DNA from: Mytilus edulis
Taxonomy: Eukaryota
Assembly (NCBI RefSeq): GCF_963676685.1
Contig: NC_092352.1
Location: 59,210,001 to 59,274,000, forward strand
Direction: 5' to 3'
DNA: 64,000 bases
Shown here: piece by piece, positions 55,331-64,000 of the stretch
Layout of the letters: each line of letters starts with the position of its first letter
Position numbering within the stretch: position 1 is the first letter of the stretch
The notes under the pieces: generated by a model
Seen by the model: only the letters and a program-made list of their open reading frames with translations
What the model was told of the DNA's origin: nothing
Database searches by the model: none
Program-made: the position numbers and the translations under genes

Positions 55331-57794
55331 TTTGTGTAGATTGACTAAATAACAAAACACAATATAACCAGTCATGTCTCAGTCTGTGTGCGATTGTTTT
55401 TTACTTGTTTTTTTTCGGTTGGGGGGGGGGGGGGGGGGTATTTTTGTAGGCATATTAAACATAAATATGTACATCTGTTTTTAGGTCATATCTCAACCTC
55501 CGTATATTTGTTTTTACACGATGTATTTTCTGGAAAATACACTGTACTACAAAGACCGTGCAATGTCTTGAGAGAAAGCAAAATTCAGAGAGAGAAGCAC
55601 ATTAATTTATTGTCACATATAATGAGATCTCAAAGCGAGTTGCAGAATAACGGATACTGGTGAATGTCAAAAATTGAACAAAAAAGTTTGCAAAATTATA
55701 AAGAATAACAACGGAAAATAAAATAATTATAAAAAGATAAAGAACATTTAGGTACACACTTCATATTGACCCTAGCTTAAAAATCGTTGGATTATCTCGG
55801 TGTTACTGGTCAGTAATGAATAAAAAATCACTGGTCAATTTAAAGGTTGTTGTAAGTGATGCAATATATTCTTATTTTCCTGTTCCCCTTACATTCCTTA
55901 TGTAACTTCCAGTTTTATTATAGTTTACATCCACCAAAGCCTTAGTTTGATTTAGTTTCCTGTCATTACTACCCCCTTTATTTGTTGCATGTTGCGTATC
56001 ATGTACTGATTCTATATATACTTTGAGCATACATATGTACACTTATGGAACAATAACCATTTAGTAAACTTTTTAAAACGTTTTTGTAGACTTGTATACA
56101 ATAAATGTGATACAGAACAAAAAATATAATAACAAAGATGACAGTTTGTCTGCGTGTTTTACTTGTTAACTTGAAGATGTATTAATAACCACACGACACT
56201 CTTTCAAAAATTTGTAGAATCCTTGATATAATGTTTGTTTATATATGCGATATTAAGCAGCAGTATATGGACAGAACACGTTGTGTACTGATAAAGTACC
56301 AAAACACAAGCTATTACATGTTCGTCATAAAAAGTGTAAACAGATGATTTACAAGATAGTCTAAGAGATTTATGAATTCGTTACCCAAAAATGACAAAGT
56401 TCATCTGTCTTTCATTAGAGCAAATATAAAAAAAGATCAAAACCTTGACCACATGCAAACAGACAGCAAAGTACGTTCCATGATTCAAACTGTAGATGTT
56501 TTGCGGAATAACTATAAACTATAAAGGGGCGGACTAACGGAAGGACGGGCGGTCAGAAATAATGACGGACGGACAGACGTACAGGGGTAGTTGAAGGGGG
56601 CATAAAAAAATATAGCTTCAATTACATCTTTTGTTGCGTCAACTTGTTGACAGTAACCCTGATGATTTCTATTTTTAAGTTTTTACCATTTTTGCGTTCA
56701 TGTACTTACAACGTATTTTTGTCTGAATTAGTAATTGTTTTAGATATGTATATTAATAATGAACATACATGTACCACATTTTTTACAACGTATAATTTTT
56801 TTTAACATGTTCCATAAAAGAGGGGTTTACGGAATACAGAATAATGGGCAAAAATTGCAGAATAAAATGCAAAAAAGAAAAAAAAAGAAAAAGTGTATAA
56901 TGGGGTGCTAAAATATAAAGAATAAAGAATATTGGTTATACTAAATAGAAATTTATGATAATTATCCAGACTCTTATGATAAAAAGAATCTATCAATACG
57001 AAACACATAATCACCGTGCATAATCAACACGAAGAACGTTGGAAATTATAAGCATGATAACTTGACGTTATGTAATAAAAATTACGACGTCACGAATTTT
57101 GATGGTTTTTTTTTGCCAAAATGTTGTGTTTGCGTCGCTTCTACAGGGAAAACGAGGTCGGTGACCATATTTTTTTTAATATCATCTAATTCGTAAGACA
57201 AAGAAAAAAAAAGTATTGATTTAAAAAAAAAATCTATGGAGCGGTTCTCGTGATTAATACCAGAAACCGAAAATTGTAGAAGGAAAATATGGATTTACCC
57301 TATATATTCAATGTAATTTAGTACCCTCTGGGACCGTTTTAAAAATGGATTTTTCTTGAAAACGAAGTCGGTGACATATACTTTTTTTACATTTTCTGAT
57401 GTATATTTTCAATATCTAATAGAGTTCTAAATTTAAAAAAAAATCTATGGACAAGTTTATTTACTGATCCTGGACCTTAAAGTTATTGTATTTATGTTAC
57501 CATTTTACTGAGTAAACTTTTTTTTTGTAACAGTGTTGGTCATACGCTGGCTATATTGACCTTTAGTGAAGTTAATATTAACATGTCAACATTTAGAAAT
57601 TTTATCAGCTGTCAAATGGTTTTAACCTGAATCGAAAAAATGTGAAAAAAAACAATATATATGTGTAAGTCTTTTTATAGTCATATTGGTCCGACTTGCA
57701 TGTTTACAGTCACAAACACAATTTAATGATTTTTTTTTTCGTTTATACAATGTACATTATGCATAAATCAAAAGTAAAGTTAATATACGTATTT

Positions 57795-59150
57795 ATAGAT
57801 ATAAGTAAAGGCAACAGTAGTATACCGCTGTTCAAAAATCGTAAATCTATGGACAAAAAACAAAATCGGGAAAACAAACTAAAACTGAGAGAAACGCATT
57901 AAATATAAGAGGAGAACAACGACACAACATTCAAATATAAAACACATAGCAACGGACTAAGCATTAGACAAAATCCGATGAGAATAACCAATAAAACATC
58001 AAAACCAAATACATGAATTTGGGATAGAAAAGTACCGTGACACGTCTTATAGTAATGTGAATTCATACTCAAATATAGGAGAAAACAAACGACAAAACGG
58101 AAACACAACGTAAAAATGTAACAATGGCCATTTTCCTGACTTGGTACAAGACATTTGTAAAGAAAAAAATGGTGGGTTGAACCTGGTTTTGTGGCATGCC
58201 AAGCCTCGCATTTTCATGGCATTGTTAAATATAACATTAAAATGACAACATAATAATACAGGACTTCAATACAAATAAATAGGAGAACGTATTAGGCAAG
58301 AAAAAGATAACAAAAGGCATCAGGTTTAAAATTCAATACGTCAAAACCGCGCCTTGTCCACACAAGACTTACCAGTGACGCCCAGAAATAAAAGTTCGAA
58401 AGTCAAAAAATGGTACAAAGTTGTACAGCTCTGAGGATCAAAAGTTGAAAAAAAAGGTTGTGCCAAATACGGCTAGGGTTTTCTGCTTGTGATAATAACA
58501 TCCTTATTATTTAGAACAATTTATGCTATTGCAATCAGTAAATTTTATCAAATGAATGTTAAAGATTTACATGATAAAACTGACGTCTTAACTAATCTGT
58601 TACAGAAAACAAAACCCGAATAAATAATACATTGAAGACCAACACAGAAAATAGACACACTCGACTTGGTCCAGGCCTGAACGCAAAAAGTCATAAAATG
58701 ACGTCACATACGAAGTAGTAAAAAGGCACAAAAATTACGTCACGCAGACATATGAATTTCTAAAACAGCACGAATTTGACGTCACATTTGAAAAACTATA
58801 TCTCAAAAATAAGATAGAAATAGGATTGATTTAAGATTATCATAGAACTAAATACTGATATTATATTTAAACACAATGCACATTGCAATACTAATTAAAA
58901 GCAATAAAATCAAAACGTTGGTGATTAATTTTCTTCACCATAACACATGAATATAATAGAAAAGACGTCAAACAATTTGACAAACTCCGATGAAAATTAC
59001 AAATATAACAAATATAACATCAAACTAAATACATGAATTTGGGATAGATAAGTACCGTAACACGTCTTATAGTAATGCGAATTCACACTCATCAAAACAG
59101 TCACAATCGGGAATAAATCACGTTCGGTAATTAAAAGATTAGACGACGTA
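57795..59150 (+). repeat. Composite interspersed repeat with an internal duplication
   Basis: Head AAAGGCAACAGTAGTATACCGCTGTTC also at about 52902 (degenerate at about 24220); ACATGAATTTGGGATAGA..GTACCGT..CACGTCTTATAGTAATG occurs at about 58010 and 59030. Confidence 0.6.
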
Positions 59151-59832
59151 ATGACAAACCACAATCTACCATGTTGTAAAAATGTCCTTAGCTAGTTTGG
59201 TCAAAGACACATCGTATGGGTCAACTAATTCGTGATGGTGTCAATTTTAATCTGTCCTCCTCATAACTTTGTTGAAGCAGTTTCTGTGTAAGGAGCACAC
59301 TTCTGTATATGAAGTCCGTATAGTGTGAAGATATGGTATGAATGTTAATGAGACAACTCACCGTCCAAGTGACGATTAGTAAAATTCAACCACTATAGGT
59401 CTTTAACGCGGAGCATTGGCTCACACTGAATAACACGCTATAAAGGACCCCAAAAAATGACTAGTGTAAAACCATTCAAACGGGAAATCCAACTGTCTAA
59501 TCTATATTTATAAAGCATGTTTATGAAAAATATCTCCTACAACCTCTGTTGCAAAATATTCCAAGTTTGTAGATTTGCAGTGGTGAGAGCAGATTTTGGT
59601 GGACATTTCATAATTTCTTGTTATAAAAGATCCGACAGGCACTAACCTTTTAGAGTTATCTTCAACGTAACCAATGTATATATAATCTGAAATTTTATTT
59701 AGCAGAAGTATATTATTCAATGAAATATATGATTTGATATTGATTATATGGAAATCACACATTGTCAAGTGGTATCTAAAATACACTAAGTAATATTCAA
59801 ATTAAAATTTAAATGTTAAACATTTCAAAGTC

Positions 59833-61136
59833 AAATTAAAATGTCAATTGTTCTTGAACAATTGAGAGGTCTTTCCTTTTTGAAATGTAAAGTACATGTT
59901 CGTATAGGCGTAGAATGCATTGAAAAGCTCTCAAACACACACAAAACCGTTAAAAATGACAAAAACAACAAATTCGATAATTTGGACATGACCTTGACTT
60001 TTGACCTTGTAACCTTTGTGAAGGTCATTGGTCCACAATGTCATTGTAAAAGACCCCATGGGTCTAGGACTTTTCGTTCAAGAGTTAAAGCTAATTTTAC
60101 CTTTTCAGAAACCGTTAACGGGGGTTATGCCCCTTAAGAATATGTCAAATCCTTTCGGTCAAAATGTAAAAAAAGTTGTGCCTCAGTCACCTAAACATTT
60201 TTCACTGTTTACTATTTCTGTAAGATCAACCATTTTGAGATATCGACTAAAAAGTTGAAAGGTCAAAGGTCAAGGTCAACCTTAAAAACATTTAAAACAC
60301 ACTAAAAATCCTTAAAATAAGGTCAAAAACACATAATTCGCTATCTGGGACATGACCTTGACCTTTGACCTTGTGACCTTTGTCAAAGTCATTAGACCCC
60401 AATGTCATTGCTGAAGACCCCATGGGACTAGGACCTTTGGTTATATAGTAAAAGCTTATTTTGTCTTTTCAGAAACCTAAATCAGGGTTTATACCCCTTA
60501 CAGAAAGGTCAAATCTCCGGTCAAAATGTAACAAAGTTGCGCATTAATGACCCAAACATTTTCCACTATTCAAAACTTAGTATAATAGTTTCTAAGATTA
60601 TCCGGTAACAAGGTGTTAGGTCAAAGGTCAAGGTCAACATACACATTTGACCTTGAGGTATTTTTCAAAGTCACATGAATTGTTGATTAATGGTGAAGAT
60701 CCTAGGTGTCTACGACTTACGGTTTCTGAGTTTTGGTGGCCAACCGACACCGGTTAATTTTAATAGGGGCATAACCCTAGCAATGAGTCGTTGAATCTTT
60801 TCGATCCAAATGTAACGAAGAACCGGGGTCTGGTCCTGAACAAATTTCACCCTACCTTTTTTTTCTACCTATTACGGTTACGGTGTTGGAACGGTAACAA
60901 GGTTTTGGGGTTTCGGAGGGATTACTTCGCACCGACAAAATTTTTCGACTCACAGGGTGAGTTCCGGATAGGTATTCATGACACCGATACAAAGTGTGAA
61001 CATGAAAGCGACACGTCTTACGGTTAAGGCTGCTAACTTCGTCAAAGTTTGGCGGAATAATAATAATAATAATAATAATAATAAACAGAAGAAATACAGT
61101 AAGGTCTTTCCCTTTTGTAAAAGGAAAGACCTTAAT
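59833..61136 (+). mobile_element. Helentron/DINE-1-like non-autonomous element in the first intron of gene F
   Basis: 5' palindrome CAATTGTTCTTGAACAATTG; two ~360-bp internal units rich in TGACCTTGACCTTTGACC; (AAT)n microsatellite; 3' hairpin AAGGTCTTTCC...GGAAAGACCTT. Confidence 0.65.
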
Positions 61137-63674
61137 TACTGTTCTGATTTCCATATTTGTTTTGTTATATGAATAGATAAAGCACTGACATATACAGTAA
61201 AATCAATTGAAAACACTTTTCTTACAAAATTGACAAGCAAATCATGCCTCCAAAAAAAATGGAATAGTTAAATACGTTTACTCATTTTGTGTGAAACATG
61301 TCAATGTTTTCATTTAAAGGATATATATATGCAGAGAGATGATACAGGGCTACCCACTTTATTTCGCCAATGTCCGTTCCATTTTCCTTCATAAACATGT
61401 ATACACATGTTAAAACTCTTTCTATTGACAATTGTGGTTTTTAAAAGGCGATTTTCCGATCAAACCACAAAACCACGTGATACTAAAGTATTTTTTAGCA
61501 GTTATTCTATCCTTCTTCAATATACTTATATGACTATTTGGTGGCTCATATATTTTATTTTACATTGTATTGGACAACGCATGACGGGGAATAAAGAAGA
61601 TGTCGAATTTCAAATCTAATATATTCAGTGTAAAAAAAAATCACATACAATAAAAAACAAAATTATAAAAAACATTAACGTGTGATACATTGTGTAAACA
61701 CTTGTCCATGATTATCCAACAAAAAATTGTTTATTTAAATTTAGAAATAAGACTATTGATTTCCGTCGTCTTAAAAAAAACCGAAGCTGTTGAAATAACC
61801 TGCCTATATGTAGTCTGATTGTACATTTCCTATTCTAATGCAGCTATTGTTTTTACAAAAAAAGAACTTTATATTTAGTAAAGCAATATCAAGTATCATG
61901 GGATGTATGAGATGCAAACACAATTCTAAAGTCAACACACACTACACAAAAATGCAGTGAAAATAAATCTTTCATAAAGCGAAATCCTCAAGATATGTCA
62001 TTTGATCTGCCTTTTACTGATACAAATCAAGTCGGGAAGGCACATAAACCACGTACACGTTGGCTTAAAAATGAGTTTTGACGGTTTTGTAAATGCAAAA
62101 TTATCCTGACAAATATAAATGGTCAATTAAACAATCAAGTATGCTGATGTCGTAGCAATAACTTTTAAAATTCAAGTGAATACAAATGAAAACTACAAAT
62201 GCATTACATTACTAAATAGTTTTTAGACAATTAAGTGGCAACTAAACGTGTGTTTGATAATAATAATGTAAAAATTATCACATAAATACAAATGTATGGT
62301 TTCCATTTAAAGCACTTGCAAGTTACTATTTGAATGTAGATCGGTAGTATGACGACGACAGACAAAGGTCGTTCTTGATTCCATGCGATACCCATTACTT
62401 CTGTATTTTTAGCTGTATTCGTCAATGCTGTTTCTATTAGCGAGACGTTAACCGAATTTTTCTTTTATACAGCTAACGATCTTAGGTTTTAAGATAAATT
62501 TAAATAAACAAAATGCAGACTAGGTTCATGTTTATTGGCATTGACACTTATACCACATTTTCTTATATTTGTATCTAATTTTCGGTGGTTCAAAACAGAG
62601 ATTTGCTTGCATGGTTAGATATTGACTTTTAATTGGCATTATAGATATCGTCCTCTATACTGTCATATATACATGCCTAGAATAAATATGGATAACAGGT
62701 TGAAAATTCAAATCATTAAAACACGTTGATTTTACCGTTGTTGTTGAAAAAGTATTTCTTTCATTACTAAAAACACGATAAAACATTTTGCTGTATAGAA
62801 ATTCCACAGAAAGCTAATTCGGGCATTGTGTACATGTATGAAATATAAAGTCTTCCCAAAGTACAGTGGCTATGATTGAGCACAGTGATGTATTTTAGTA
62901 GTCTTACTCAAATTAATATGTTCTGTTTCTAGTATGGACATTTAGTTATTTAAGTGATTGAATAACATACTCTGTGTGAACCTGCATAACAAATTTAAAA
63001 TAACGAAAAATGGATTAAACAACACACTGATTAAACATTATCAAGTATAAAACATGTGTCATTAGTTCATTTTTTTTAGAAACACAATAAAACCATGAGT
63101 ATGGGTTGCCGTACATTTTCAAAATGTCTAAATCTAAAACATTGTTTAATATAGTATTGAAGCTAAATATAAAAATGTTGTCTAACTTTTCACCATTTTA
63201 TATTTCCAAGAATTTGACAATGTATAATGACGTCACATAAAAAGTTCATAGCAAAGTCTCTTTCTATAGATCATTGAATATAACTCGAAAAATCGACTGC
63301 ATTCTTATAACCAATGATAAAAAGGTACCAACATTTTCTGCAACAGATAAGCATTTTGACAATGAAGAACTCTTCAGTGATCTCGAGGCCAAAATATTTG
63401 AAAATCCAAAATTTATAAAAAGTATTTAGAGCTATAAACCGAAAATTACAAATAAGTATAGCCAAATCCGAGCAAGGAATCAGAGCTATGCCCGAGGTAG
63501 ATACATTCCTTAATTTTAAAAAACTACAAATATTTTGTAACAGCTAATTTTAATAACACAAAATTTGTATTTTCGTTGACAGTTCAATTCAGGACGATAT
63601 GAACCAAAATGTGTAGAGACATACACACAATAAATACGCTAAAAAAATCCATGGCCATCATTGACACAATCTAG

Positions 63675-64000
63675 CTACAAGTGATCATAATCATGCGATG
63701 AATCTCCTGTCCTTGGTGATCGATTTTGATTTGTTGTGTCATACACAGCATCAACAGAATGACTGTATGTATGTTCGTTATCATCTTTTGGTCTGCATAC
63801 TTGATTCAAAATGTCATATTGACCATCCTTATTTAGGATATAATTCCCTTCTTCACTTGTTTCATGATTCTGAATAGCATGCTCTTGAATAGATTTACCA
63901 GAGTTCTCGATTTTTAATGATTGAAAATGCATGTCGTCTCTGTGTTTCGTCCGGTCAAATCCAGTCTCGGCTGGGTCAAGGACAGTATACGAATCATCAT
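63675..64000 (-). CDS. Gene G: 3' part of the tail exon of another multi-tyrosine receptor paralog (continues past the window)
   Basis: Open from the window edge: DDSYTVLDPAETGFDR...EGNYIL..DGQYDILN...TYSHSVDAVYD...DYDHL*, the same motif order as B, D and E. Confidence 0.75.
   Translation of the reverse strand, partial: DDSYTVLDPAETGFDRTKHRDDMHFQSLKIENSGKSIQEHAIQNHETSEEGNYILNKDGQYDILNQVCRPKDDNEHTYSHSVDAVYDTTNQNRSPRTGDSSHDYDHL

Larger units (their letters stand above)
51613..59686 (-). pseudogene. Gene F: decayed WSC receptor ending in an intact single TM-plus-tail exon
   Basis: WSC exon 1 59686-59544 (GCF changed to GYV). WSC exon 2 53839-53682 is 158 nt versus 157 in D/E, has lost two more Cys and has donor TTGAGT. 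Stalk exon 53163-53102 is 62 nt versus 63 in D. Terminal exon 52088-51613 is open. Confidence 0.75.

Overview
AT-rich eukaryotic genomic DNA. The repeat families and frequent TACATGTA point to a bivalve, probably Mytilus (inferred, not searched). Most ORF-track entries are spurious; the real genes are spliced and were rebuilt by hand from GT/AG sites and exon phases. The plus strand has one small CYYR1/Shisa-like membrane-protein gene (A, 6.8-8.7 kb). The minus strand has a head-to-tail array of six single-pass receptor genes or fragments (B-G, 9.7-64 kb). B-E share a 76-nt TM exon, and B, C, D, E and G share a long tail built from the same tyrosine motifs. Ectodomains differ: ADEL/DUF3011-like lectin in C, WSC in D and E, decayed WSC joined to an unrelated ITAM-like TM/tail exon in F, and none found in B. 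G runs off the window end. Introns and spacers hold a tRNA-derived SINE, Penelope-like remnants, MITEs, Helentron-like elements, minisatellites, a 1.6-kb tandem duplication and a 100-N gap with a probable false duplication.
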